A DNA stretch of 64,000 nt, taken from NCBI GenBank assembly GCA_965287045.1, contig CBDIYR020000002.1:248001-312000 (forward strand), in the 5' to 3' direction. This document shows positions 1 to 11,384 of the stretch, piece by piece; position 1 is the first letter of the stretch, and the number at the start of each line of letters is the position of its first letter. Under the pieces are notes generated by a model, which was not told where the DNA came from, did not search any database, and saw only the letters and a program-made list of their open reading frames with translations. This DNA is from Carcharhinus amblyrhynchos. Lineage: Eukaryota. The translations under genes and the position numbers were made by a program.

Positions 1-333
1 AAAACACAGCAAAACTATTAAAGGGGATTATTGCTAAATTATTAAACTAAAATAATCTGTGGTGAATATGGAGCTCTATTACTGATTAATAATTCTTTGA
101 TTTATATTAATTTTACTATTAAACTTGCTCATGAGAAGTTTGTGGTTGCAGCAAAGACGAAGTGTCCGAATGAGCGTTGTAAGCCATGATTTACTTGAAT
201 TTGCGAGCGTTAGTTAAAATTTATAAAAATTCTGTGATATCTTTTAGATTTTGTTTCAAACCTTTTTTGTTTTCTCCCTACAAGGATTTTCAAACTCAAA
301 GATTGTTTGTGTTCAACCAGAAAACATCTCAAC

Positions 334-1856
334 TTCTCTGGGAGGCTAGAGAGGTGATTGCAGAGCCTCTGGCTCAGATCTTCAGGTCGTCATTGGTCTC
401 TGGTGTAGTCCCGGAGGATTGGAGGATAGCGAATGTTGTCCCATTGTTTAAGAAGGGGAACAGAGACTTTGCCGGGAATTATAGACCGGTGAGTCTTACT
501 TCTGTTGTGGGCAAGGTTTTAGAAAAAATTATTAGGGATAGGATTTATAGTTATTTGGAGTGTAATGAATTGATTAGAAATAGTCAGCATGGTTTTGTAG
601 CGGGTAGGTCGTGCCTTACTAACCTTATTGAGTTTTTTGAGAAGGTGACCAAAGAGGTGGATGGGGGTAAGGCAGTTGACGTGGTATACATGGATTTTAG
701 TAAGGCGTTCGATAAGGTTCACCATGGTAGGCTTCTGCAGAAAATGCAGATGTATGGGATTGTGGGTAGTCTAGGAAGTTGGATCAGGAATTGGCTATCA
801 GATAGGAGACAGAGGGTGGTGGTGGATGGTAAATATTCATCATGGAGTGCAGTTACGAGTGGTGTGCCTCAGGGATCTGTTTTGGGGCCACTGTTGTTTG
901 TAATTTTTATTAATGATCTGGATGAGGGTATAGTTGGGTGGATTAGTAAATTTGCTGATGACACCAAAGTTGGAGGTGTGGTAGATTGTGAGGAAGGGTG
1001 TCATAGTCTGCAGGGAGACTTAGATAGGTTGCAGAGCTGGGCCGAGAGGTGGCGGATGGAATTTAATGCGGAGAAGTGTGAGGTAATTCACTTTGGTAGG
1101 AGCAACAGATGTGTCGAGTATAGGGCTAACGGGAGGACTTTGAATAGTGTGGATGAACAGAGGGATCTAGGTGTGTGTGTACATAGATCCCTGAAAGTTG
1201 GGAATCAAGTAGATAAGGTTGTCAAGAAGGCGTACGGTGTCTTGGCGTTTATTGGTAGGGGGATTGAATTTAGGAGTCGCAGTGTAATGTTGCAACTGTA
1301 CACTACTCTAGTGCGGCCGCACTTGGAGTACTGTGTGCAGTTCTGGTCCCCGCATTACAAGAAGGATGTGGAGGCGTTGGAGAGGGTGCAGAGGAGGTTT
1401 ACTAGGATGTTGCCTGGTATGGTGGGGAGGTCCTATGAGGAGAGACTGAGGGATCTAGGGTTGTTTTCGTTGGAAAGAAGGCGGCTAAGAGGGGATCTTA
1501 TTGAAACATATAAGATGATTAGAGGTTTAGATAGGGTGGATAGTGATAGCCTTTTTCCTCGGATGGAGAAAGCTAGCACGAGGGGGCATGGCTTTAAATT
1601 AAGGGGGGGTAGCTACAGGACGGATGTCAGGGGTAGGTTCTTTCCCCAGCGGGTGGTGAGGGATTGGAATGCCCTGCCTGCTGCAGTTGTAAATGCGTCT
1701 AGTTTGGGGGCGTTTAAGAGATCTCTGGATAGGTTTATGGACGAAAAGGGATTGGTATAGGCTAGTGGGTCATTGTTTTTGTAACTGGTCGGCGCAACAT
1801 CGTGGGCCGAAGGGCCTGTTCTGCGCTGTAATGTTCTATGTTCTATGTTCTATGTT
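334..1856 (+). mobile_element. CR1-clade LINE, 5'-truncated, open RT reading frame to the ORF2 stop at 1760, (TTCTATG)n tail
   Basis: ORF 186..1760 carries NYRPVSLTS, YMDFSKAFDKV, GVPQGSVLGP, FADD and LYTTLVRPHLEYCVQFWSP. The 3' end is ggccgaagggcctgttctgcgctgtaatgttctatgttctatg. The first ~50 aa of the ORF are flanking DNA. Confidence 0.95.
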
Positions 1857-3198
1857 AACTCTCAACGGCACCGTTCAAACACTATTTAAGCTACACAGAA
1901 ATAATGCCACAAAGCCAAACCATTTCACAAATTTTAAACATTCACAGTGACTGCACCACAGAATCTCCTCAACAGAAACACAACACAACACATCAGTGAG
2001 GGAATGAATCCGTTTCACAGAAAAGCAGCTCAATTAGCCAATCAACAGAATCAAATGTAACATTGCAAGAAGAAATCTCAATATCGAATCTTGCAAACCA
2101 GCTCTTAACCAATTCTTAAAGTAAACAGAAATCTGGGATAATAGCAATAGCATTGCGAGGAGGTGGGATATGTCCAACAAATTAGGAGTGAAACTTTATC
2201 ACGTCTTATTCATATTGGGTCATATTTCAAACATATTTAAACATTTGGATGGTAAAAGTTCCAGCCATCAAATGCCACCAAGATTAAACATTGCAGGTAC
2301 CCCAAAATCGGAATGCAGTGTCAAACTATGTTCTGAACGAGCTGCGTAAGCCGTTATCACTAAAGATTTTAAACACACAAACACAATAAAGCCTGCTTTA
2401 TTTCTCCCTGCAGTCATGCATCAAGCAGTTGTAAACCCGCAGAATGTTCATATTCCATCACAAAACGTGTGACAGCTCAGTGTCACTGAGTTCAAACAAC
2501 GCAGAAACACCAAATTAATTCACAAATTTTACGTGCTTAGAGTCACCCAGATTAATAATCTCCTCACCAGAGAAAAAAAACGCATCACTGAGAGACTGAA
2601 CCCCTCTTCAGGCAGAAGCAGCACAAATCTACAAACACTTTCAACAGAATCAAGTATAACATTTACAGAAATGTTTAATATAAATTCCAGCCAATTCGCC
2701 CGACACCAAACTAATTAATGTTTAGAATAAGCAGAAAATATTGCACAGCAGCACCAGCATTGAGAGTGAGTGGAACATTTTCACTGGATAAATATGGAAA
2801 TGTTAGACTTTTTTTAAATTTTGGTTTAAATTTCAAACACTTGTGCAGTAGAAGGTACAAGCCGCAGCCACTAGATGTCGCCGAGATTAAACGCTGCAGA
2901 AACGCTGAATTGTTTAACAGACATTCGGCTTTCAAAGTAACCCAACCACACAGTAACCTCAACAGATAAACACAAAATCCCAACAATTTGGGATTGAATC
3001 CCTCAGCAGCACCTACTGTCCAGAAAGAGCGGAATTCTAAAACCCCTTTGCAGCAGAATCACAGGAAACATTGTAACAATTCTCAACCGACAATCCACCA
3101 AACTCACATTTATGTTACCACATGGATTATTAGTACAAATAAAAATATAAAACAAAGACACATGTAAACCAGTTACTCAATAAGTGGATGGTTCTTAC

Positions 3199-3246
3199 CT
3201 GTAGTCACCGTCACCATGGTCCCTTGTCCCCAGTAATCGAAGTAGT
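3199..3246 (-). other. IGHJ: IgH J segment (YFDYWGQGTMVTVTT) with GTAAG splice donor
   Basis: Minus strand reads ACTACTTCGATTACTGGGGACAAGGGACCATGGTGACGGTGACTACAG/gtaag; WGXG motif. Confidence 0.97.
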
Positions 3247-3285
3247 CACAGTGTCACATTCCGTAGGCTGTGTCATACAATAACC
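3247..3285 (-). other. J 23-RSS
   Basis: cacagtg 3247-3253, 23-nt spacer, acaataacc 3277-3285. Confidence 0.95.
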
Positions 3286-3610
3286 GTCCCTGCACAGAAT
3301 AGACACAAAATCACCATTATTTTAAATATTCACAAAGCCAAGGAAAAGCAAAATCAATTAATGTTCATTAAATTATAATTGGATTTCTGGATATCATTTG
3401 ACATTCATAAATGACCCTAATGTTTTATATTTCACAGAGTTACACGTGAACATGTTGTTGAAAACACACATCGATAATTGAGTAATTATCAAGATTTTCC
3501 ATGTTTATTCTTGCCATGTCGTCAGTGTTGGACATAAATAATACTGTACTGTGATTACAGTTGGGATTTAAAAGTGACACTGATCCAGTTTCAGTCAATC
3601 GGTGCTGAAG

Positions 3611-3679
3611 GGTTTTTGTATTGACAGTAACTGCTGTGTAGCTCCAGCTATCACAGTGAGACACAGCATGACAAATACT
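3611..3679 (-). other. IGHD: D2 segment of the J-proximal cassette (coding 3639-3651, atagctggagcta) with 12/12 RSS
   Basis: ggtttttgt-12-tgctgtg [D] cacagtg-12-acaaatact. Confidence 0.93.
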
Positions 3680-3983
3680 GAGGCGGACTGAAAACTGTGA
3701 AATACAGACAGGAAATTTCACTGCTATTTCAAAAGCCTGTTTCCAGTTCGTTAAGGGTGAGTCAGTGAGATATTTCAATTTTTACTGGTCATGATATTGA
3801 TAAAGGGGGTTAGAAACTTTTACACTCTCTGTGCACACTTGGCGTGTAAATCAATAACAATAAAATTGAAGCATTTTACATCTTAAAAAAATGTTGTTTC
3901 TAAGTTTTATTTTGTTGAACCCTCATTTACTTTGGCATTCGGCAATGACATCGGCCACAAATTTAAGCAACGTCCTTTTCTGA

Positions 3984-4066
3984 GGTTTTTGTATGAGGAT
4001 GGCGGTTTTCTCAGCACTGTGTCCCACTGCTGCCGTATCACAGTGACACACACCCATACAAAAACT
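3984..4066 (-). other. IGHD: D1 segment of the J-proximal cassette (coding 4022-4038, atacggcagcagtggga) with a 12-RSS on the V side and a 22-RSS on the D2 side
   Basis: ggtttttgt-22-cactgtg [D] cacagtg-12-acaaaaact. Confidence 0.95.
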
Positions 4067-4411
4067 GCACTCACTCTGTTCAGTACTGCTGTTCAATATT
4101 CACTTTAAATGGACCATTAGTTTTGCTGTAATGTAAAATGTAGGCAACTGTTTATATAACACAATCTATGAGAAATATTAAAAAAGTGATATGTCGTGTG
4201 TCCTACTTGCTGAAACTACAACGAATATAAAGACAGTGAAAAGCGCACCAGTTATATCGGCGAGATTGGGAAGTTTTACTGTTAAATGCTTTCTGTGTTA
4301 CTTTTTAAAATCACGATTATAGTTTGGTTCTGACCCCTGTCGATCATATTGCATTTAAAACAGATACTGACCTTCAGGTTATGATGGAAGTTGCGGAATC
4401 CCCTTTCGAGC

Positions 4412-4450
4412 TGTTCTTGTCCGGGTGCAGCTCGGGATCCTCTCGCTGTG
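4412..4450 (-). other. 23-RSS of the proximal V
   Basis: Minus strand: cacagcg-23-acaagaaca. Confidence 0.9.
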
Positions 4451-4935
4451 GTCTGCTGCGCAATAATAGATGGCCGTGTCTTCAATCTTCAGTGTCGTCA
4501 TTTCCGAAGAGAAGATATTGTTTGAAGCGCCTGCGGACGCAGGAGATCGATCCTTAATTGATGGCGCGTAGTTGTTGCCGGATGAGCTATAGTAGCTAGC
4601 CAGCCACTCCAGGTCCTGTCCGGGAACCTGCCGGATCCAACCAATGGTGTAGCTGCTAAGATCGAAGCCGCTGGTTTTACAGGTCAGTTTCAGGGAGCCT
4701 CCGGGACGCCCGGTCTCTGCCTCTGGCTGGGTCAACACAACATCCGACTGGACACCTGTAAAAATAGATCAAAAAGCCCGAGGATTAATCTTAGTGAATT
4801 TATTGCTGACTCTGGAGCATTCCAGAGAGAGACTAACACTGAGACAATAACAGTGAGAGACTTAAACAATAATAATAATAAATACTCACCAGATAAGAAA
4901 GTCAGCAACAAACTGAGAGAAATGGCTGACCTCAT
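4451..4935 (-). CDS. IGHV: IgM-type VH segment, J-proximal copy (leader exon 4890-4935, V exon 4451-4755); open frame but aberrant FR3
   Basis: [55 protein letters not shown]; GT-AG leader intron; RSS follows. Confidence 0.95.
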
Positions 4936-5022
4936 CTTTCTGGTGATTTGGGGGAAATGGTTGTGTCAGGAACTCAGTGAACAAACCAGCTCCCGGACTG
5001 TTGGATTCCGGGCCCAGTGAGC

Positions 5023-5036
5023 GGTATTTAAATACC
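5023..5036 (-). promoter_or_regulatory. VH TATA element (palindromic ggtatttaaatacc)
   Basis: TATTTAAA ~90 bp upstream of the leader ATG; identical in the second cassette. Confidence 0.7.
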
Positions 5037-5832
5037 CGGCAGAAGGGGGCGGCTTTCCAGGCGCCGCCTGTTGATTCCCTGCTGGAGGCGGCGCCTGGAT
5101 CCACGTCCCACCTTCCACACCCCCAACAGAATGGACTCGGAGATTTACAATAGATTAATATTAAAATGGACATTTTATCAGTGTCGGGGTATTTGTTTGG
5201 CTAAAATGTTCATTGTATTGTCCCCATTATTTCTAATGATGATATTACAGTTCATCATCTCTTTACTTTTAAAATAACTCATTCCATTGTAAATATGGTG
5301 ATTTTATTACCACACCCCCAACAACAAAATAAATCGAAAAATGATGAAATAACATTTTGGAACATTAGACAATTTTGCAACAACTCCGTGTCTCTGCCAC
5401 ATTATAATAATAAAGCACAATTTATCAGAAGAAATACCATCGATTTCTGTAACTAAATGTGTAGAATATACAAAGTGATTCTATTTACAGTGTGGGTGGC
5501 TATCACTGAACAATTTGGATTTGGAGACAAAATCACCATTATTTTAAATGTTCACAAACCCAAAGAAAAGCAAAGACAATTAATGTTCATTAAATTATAA
5601 TTGGATTTCTGGATATCATTTGACATTCATAAATGACCCTAATGTTTTATATTTCACAGAGTTACACGTGAACATGTTGTTGAAAACACACATCGATAAT
5701 TGAGTAATTATCAAGATTTTCCATGTTTATTCTTGCCATGTCGTCAGAGCTGGACATAAATAATACTGTACTGTGATTACAGTTGGGATTTAAAAGTGAC
5801 ACTGATCCAGTTTCAGTCAATCAGTGCTGAGG

Positions 5833-5900
5833 GGTCTTTGTATTGACAGTATCTGCTGTGCCATCCAGCTATCACAGTGAGACACAGCATGACAAATACT
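5833..5900 (-). other. IGHD: D2 segment of the distal cassette (coding 5861-5872, atagctggatgg) with 12/12 RSS
   Basis: ggtctttgt-12-tgctgtg [D] cacagtg-12-acaaatact. Confidence 0.92.
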
Positions 5901-6205
5901 GAGGCGGACTGTTAACTGTAAAATACAGACAGTTAATTTCACTGCTATTTCAAAAGCCTGTTTCCAGCTCATTAAGGGCGAGTCAGTGAGATATTTCAAT
6001 TTTTACTGGTCATGATATTGATAAAGGGGGTTAGAAACTTTTACACTCTCTGTGTAAGTTCAGCGTGTAAATCAATAACAATAAAATTGAAGCATTTTAC
6101 ATCTAAAAAAAAATGCTATTTCTAAGTATTATTTTGTTGAACCCTCATTTACTTTGGCATTCGGCAATGGCATTGGTCACAAATTTAAGCAACGTCCTTT
6201 TCTGA

Positions 6206-6288
6206 GGTTTTTGTATGAGGATGGCGCTTTTCTCAGCACTGTGACCCATTGCTGTAGGATCACAGTGACACACACCCATACAAAAACT
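6206..6288 (-). other. IGHD: D1 segment of the distal cassette (coding 6244-6260, atcctacagcaatgggt) with 12/22 RSS
   Basis: ggtttttgt-22-cactgtg [D] cacagtg-12-acaaaaact. Confidence 0.95.
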
Positions 6289-6635
6289 GCACTCACTCTG
6301 TTCAGTACTGCTGTTCAATATTCACTTTAAATGGACCATTAGTTCTGCTGTAATGTAAAATGTAGGCAACTGTTTATATAACACAATCTATCAGAAATAT
6401 TAAAAAAGTGATATATCGTGTGTCCTACTTGCTGAAACTACAACGAATGTAAAGTCAGTGAAAAGCTCACCAGTTATATCGGTGAGTTTGGGAAGTTTTA
6501 CTATTAAATGCTTTCTGTGTCACTCTTTTTTTAAACACGATTATAGTTTGGTTCTGACCACTGTCGATCATATTGCATTTAAAACAGATACTGACCTTCA
6601 GGTTATGATGGAAGTTGCAGAACCCCCTCTCGGGC

Positions 6636-6674
6636 TGTTCTTGTCCGGGTGCAGCCCTGGATCCTCTCGCTGTG
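6636..6674 (-). other. 23-RSS of the distal V
   Basis: Minus strand: cacagcg-23-acaagaaca. Confidence 0.9.
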
Positions 6675-7162
6675 GTCTCTTGCACAGTAATAGATGGCCG
6701 TGTCTTCAATCTTTAGGGTCGTCATGTCCAAAGAGAAGATGTTGTTTGAAGTGTCTGCGGACACAGTAAATCGACCCTGAATTGATGGCGCGTAGTAGCT
6801 GTTGCCGTAATAAGTAGAATAGCTAGCCAGCCACTCCAGGCCCTGTCCCGGAACCTGCCGGATCCAACCCATGCTGTAGCTGCTAAGATCGAAACCGCTA
6901 GTTTTACAGGTCAGTTTCAGGGAACCTCCGGGACGCCCGGTCTCTGCCTCTGGCTGAGTCAACACAACATCCGACTGGACACCTGTAAAAAATAGATCAA
7001 AAACACCAGGGATTAATCTTAGTGAAATGATTGCTGACTCTGGAACATTCCAGAGAGAGACTAACACTGAGACAGTAACAGTGAGAGACTTGAACAATAA
7101 TAAAAAATCTACTCACCGGATAAGAAAGTCAGCAACAAACTGAGAGAAATGGCCGACTTCAT
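6675..7162 (-). CDS. IGHV: IgM-type VH segment, distal copy (leader exon 7117-7162, V exon 6675-6982); canonical framework
   Basis: [66 protein letters not shown]. Confidence 0.96.
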
Positions 7163-7249
7163 CTTTCTGGTGATTTGGGGGAAATGGTTGTGTCAGGAAC
7201 TCAATGAACAAACCAGCTCCCGGACTGTTGGATTCCGGTCCCAGTGAGC

Positions 7250-7263
7250 GGTATTTAAATACC
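7250..7263 (-). promoter_or_regulatory. VH TATA element (palindromic ggtatttaaatacc)
   Basis: Same motif and spacing as 5023-5036. Confidence 0.7.
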
Positions 7264-8347
7264 CGACAGAAGGGGACGGCTTTCCAGGCGCCGCCTGTTG
7301 ATTCCCTGCTGGAGGCGGCGCCTGGATCCACGTCCCACCTTCCACACCCCCAACAGAATGGACTCGGAGATTTACAATATGTGATTATTAAAATGGACAT
7401 TTTATCTGTATCGGGATATTTGTTTGGCTGAAATGTTCATTGCATTGCCCCCATTATTTCTGATGGTGATGTTACATTTCATCATTTATTTATTTAAATA
7501 ACTAATTCCATTGTAAATATGGTGATTTCATTACCACACCCCCAACAAGAAAATAAATCTAAAAATGATGAACTAACATTTTGGAACATTAGACAATTTT
7601 GCAACAATTCCGTGTCTCTGCCACATTATAATAATAAAGCACAATTTATCAGAAGAAATACCATCGATTTCTGTAACTAAATGTGTAGAATATACAAAGT
7701 GATTTTATTTACAGTGTGGATGGCTATCAGTGTACAATTTGGGTTTGGAGATGAGAAGAAACTCTCAAACAGTACAATGCTTCTCCTCATATTTTCAAAC
7801 TGTCCCAATCTCGAAGACAGGCCTTTGAAAATAATGAGAATCCCAACCTCCTGATAATTAAATGGTGAGTTGACAGAGAAACATAAAATTAAATTGATTT
7901 TTGACGGAGAAGTTAATGAATCGGAACGGACACTGAAATCATTAAAGTTCTCCTTCAGTATCCAGATCATTACAGCTCACTCTATTGGCCACCGGCTGTC
8001 TAACATACACTGGTATTGGGAATACAGGATATCAGAGCTTTGCGGCACATTGCACAATATCACAAGAATAAATGTTTTATCTTCCATTGAATCAGGTTAT
8101 GATGTGATCATTTCTCCACTCATTGGCAGCTATGAGAGGAACTCTTCAATAACAGAAATCAGATTATACTGTACAATAGAACACGGTGTTAATCAGGTAC
8201 AAGAGACGCTGCTGTTTCAATAGGGTGTAGAACTTTCAGAATATTCCAGGAATCCCCGGTGTTCATGTCAGTTTTATGATGTTGTTTTAATATTATTTCA
8301 TGTCATTGCACCGATTTTACTTCGCTGGGGAACTGGGCCCATCAACA

Positions 8348-8371
8348 TCTCTCTCTCTCTCTCTCTCTCTC
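8348..8371. repeat. (CT)n microsatellite
   Basis: Direct reading. Confidence 0.9.
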
Positions 8372-9059
8372 ATTTCATGAAGTGATTAATAAACAGACTT
8401 TAATTATTGGAATGAAATTTACTCGGAAACTATACAAATGAAAAAAATCATCCGGTCACTTTATTGTTTTGCCATACTATTTACTCACATAATGAACAGG
8501 ACACTGAATGAAAATATTTGATTAGAATGATTACGATTTAAAATGTGTCTTTCTTGTGGGAATGAAACATTTACTGTTTAAATGTCTGAATCCCTTGTTG
8601 TCCATTCAGCTTCACGCTAATCTGTCCCACACAGTATTTGGCAGCAATCCAGGCTGCTGTCAAATGCTCAAAGTTATTGACAGGAAACATCTGGGGGTGT
8701 TTGTGCAGTAGATCAAAGATCAGTTTCATCAGCACTGACCGCTTGGCTACAAGCCAACTTAAAACCCTGCATGTTGTTAATAGGGTCTATTTATAAACAA
8801 ATCTACCCAGCAACAGTACTGGAGGCACTTGAAGTTTTGGAAGTTGTAAATCTGGATGATGTTTTCCCATCTCTAAAGAAAGGATTATTTTCCACCTTCT
8901 CTGGTACCCTATTAACAACAATGATGATTTTTCCAACACATCAGGATATTGTGATGGACGGACAGAAATAATCACAGGCTGACTGAAAAATAGCTCAGAG
9001 AGATGATACATGCTGTTATATTTGAGCATGCACATTTATATTTTATTTCCTTTTATCTT

Positions 9060-9400
9060 TCCATGGGATGTTTGTTTGGAAAGACCGACACTCTTTGCCT
9101 CTCCCAAATTCCCTTAAATTCACTGGTTTTCTAGGGCATTTCTGCAGATATTAAAGAGTCAGCTATTTTGCTTTCAGTCTGCAGTTATATCTTTGTGAAA
9201 CAATGTAGCGATGGCAGATTTCCTCCATTGGCGTATCAGAGAGTTCCAACGATCGCAATTAGTGTCCATTCCAGATTTATCAATAGAATTCAAAATCTAC
9301 CTGCGGGAAGGTTCCGACTTAAATCCCTGTCCTCACATCATTGCCCTGGGCCTCTGGATCACTGGATCAATTAAAATAATTGATGTCACCATCTACACAA
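9060..9400. mobile_element. Decayed interspersed repeat (SINE-like); related copies near 15285-15420, 21410-21760 and 49505-49670
   Basis: Shared motifs such as ggcagatttcct, aagagtcaac/agc and gggccagacc. Confidence 0.5.
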
Positions 9401-10639
9401 ACAATAAATGTCTAACTGTGTTGACACAGGAATGAATGACATTTGAATGACTGATGGATGAATGACTGTTGGATGCCTGAATATTTTGATTGAGGAATTA
9501 GTGAATGGATTGGTGGATTCATTGATAAATGGTACTGAATGATGCAGTTTTACATTTCCATATTTGTGTTTGACTACTTCATAAATTGAAACAACTCCTT
9601 TATTCAATGTGTGTCCATTTAATACCTTCAATCCTTCCAGAGTGTCTGGCTGAAATACATTCCGAGTTTCTTGGGAGTTAGCAAGCTGATCCTCTTGAAG
9701 AGTAAGGGGAGATTTTCCTGCAGTTCGGATGGTTCATTTCTATGTTGATGCTGAATCTTCATATCCAGGACAGAAATAGAGAGCGTGATATGGTTGAAGA
9801 GGAATGATTGTACTATATAAAACACTGGCTCTTTCATATCCAACAAATCAATCAACATGCTCTCACTCAAATTAGTGAAGGCAACAGGGTGAAAAGTAAA
9901 TAAGATAGCTACAGGAATATTTGTGAAACTCATTGGAAAACTACAAATGTCACATTATTTCCCAAAACAGTGTAATAATGAATCGGAATTTAAAAATTCA
10001 GTAACTTCACATGAAGTACAGGTTGTTTCATTTATATCATCACTTTGACAATCATCACACACTCCAGCTATGTATCAGGACTTTCTGTGTGATAATGAAG
10101 TGATGACTTGTCAATGAAGCGCAGAGGCTGCTGGGTAGCTGTTCATTAACCTCGGCCTGAATTAATTCCATTCCCCACTGAATTCTGGGACAGATTTTAT
10201 TCCTTGATGTCAAAAAAGTCAATGTATTGTCAATAAATTTTAAAATCAATAAATTATATGAAGCAAAGTACAATTATATGTTAAATAGAATAAAATGCTG
10301 AAAATAAACAGAAAATACTGCAGAATCTCAGTAACATCTGTGGAGACAGAATAGAGCCTTTGTTTCAAATCTGATGCTTTGGAGAGATCATCATTGTTTC
10401 CTACAACGTATCAGAAAAGCTACATATATTTCCTGTGAGATGGGAATAACAGAAATAATAGATACTATTTCGAGCCACACACAAGTTGCATCAATTCACA
10501 GAGTGATCCCAAATATCATAACAAACTCCTTCATCCTAAACTAATCAACATCTCAATCACAAACTATATCCTAAAAAAAATCCCAATCTTTATCCACCCA
10601 CAGTCATCACCCTCTTCAGTTTCCTCCAAAAAAAATCAC

Positions 10640-10760
10640 ACTGACTCGAAACGTTGGCTCTATTCTCTCTCCACACATGCTATCAGACCCGTTGAGATTT
10701 TCCACCATTCATAATTTTTGTTTCAGTTTCCAGAATCTGCAGTGTTTTGCTTTTATCAAA
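10640..10760. mobile_element. Penelope-type terminal fragment
   Basis: gactcgaaacgttggctc...gagattttccaccatt...ttttgtttcag; same family as 15440-15660, 40540-40675 and 54575-54690. Confidence 0.6.
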
Positions 10761-11384
10761 CTGATGAACATAATTGGTGAACTAATTGTTTATCTGTATG
10801 AATTGATGATAACTGGGGAATTGGAACAACCCCGCCTGGAAATTCCTCTCTAAAGCACTCACAAACCTCACTTGGACCACTCCTTTACTGATGCTGAGTC
10901 GGACCCCAGGAGCACCCTCCCTAAGAGCACTGTCGGTGTACCTACACTGCAGGTTCTGCAGCAATTGAATAAGGCGGTTCACCACCAGCTTACCAAATGC
11001 AATTAGCAATGGGAAATAAATGGGGGCCTAGACAACGTCGCCTTCCTACCATAGAGTAATTTTAAATACACTCCTCATTATGCATGAATGAGATCTGGTG
11101 AATGGAATTATTAAATTGCAAATGGATAGTAATTGGTGAAAATAGCTACTACCTTTCTGAACTTTTTCTTACATTCCCCTTATTTGGTCCAGTATCATTA
11201 ATTAATCAGCACTGTCTCAGTTCATGTCTAAGAAGTTCCTATATCAGTAAAACTGTGCGAGATACGGCTTCAGTTTTATTTTCCTTGACCATGTTATTTT
11301 TTAAAATGTTTCTTTCACGGTATATGGATCTCATTGGAATTAGGCATTTGACCATCCCCACGTGGCACTCGGCACTAACTCATT

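Larger units (their letters stand above)
3305..7751. repeat. Tandem duplication of a ~2.22-kb promoter-L-V-D1-D2 unit (3305-5527 and 5527-7751)
   Basis: The junction ttggag(a)caaaatcaccattattttaaat joins the V-upstream sequence (cf. 7745-7751) to the D2-J spacer (cf. 3305 onward). The units align over their whole length. Confidence 0.93.

Noticed and set aside
186-333. N-terminal 50 aa of the 524-aa ORF as a novel fusion protein
   Set aside because: AT-rich flank that happens to be in frame with a truncated LINE; no domain or promoter evidence
1-3190. Ig constant-region exons
   Set aside because: No C1-set Ig-domain ORF on the minus strand; C exons must lie beyond the window, so the IgM call rests on V, leader and D-RSS pattern only
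5460-5540. A second J segment, or a RAG-mediated origin of the duplication junction
   Set aside because: No WGXG motif or 23-RSS there; the breakpoint is not at a heptamer border and shows only ~1 nt of microhomology
9600-9960. Possible decayed Penelope RT coding remnant on the minus strand
   Set aside because: Similarity is too faint to support without a translated search
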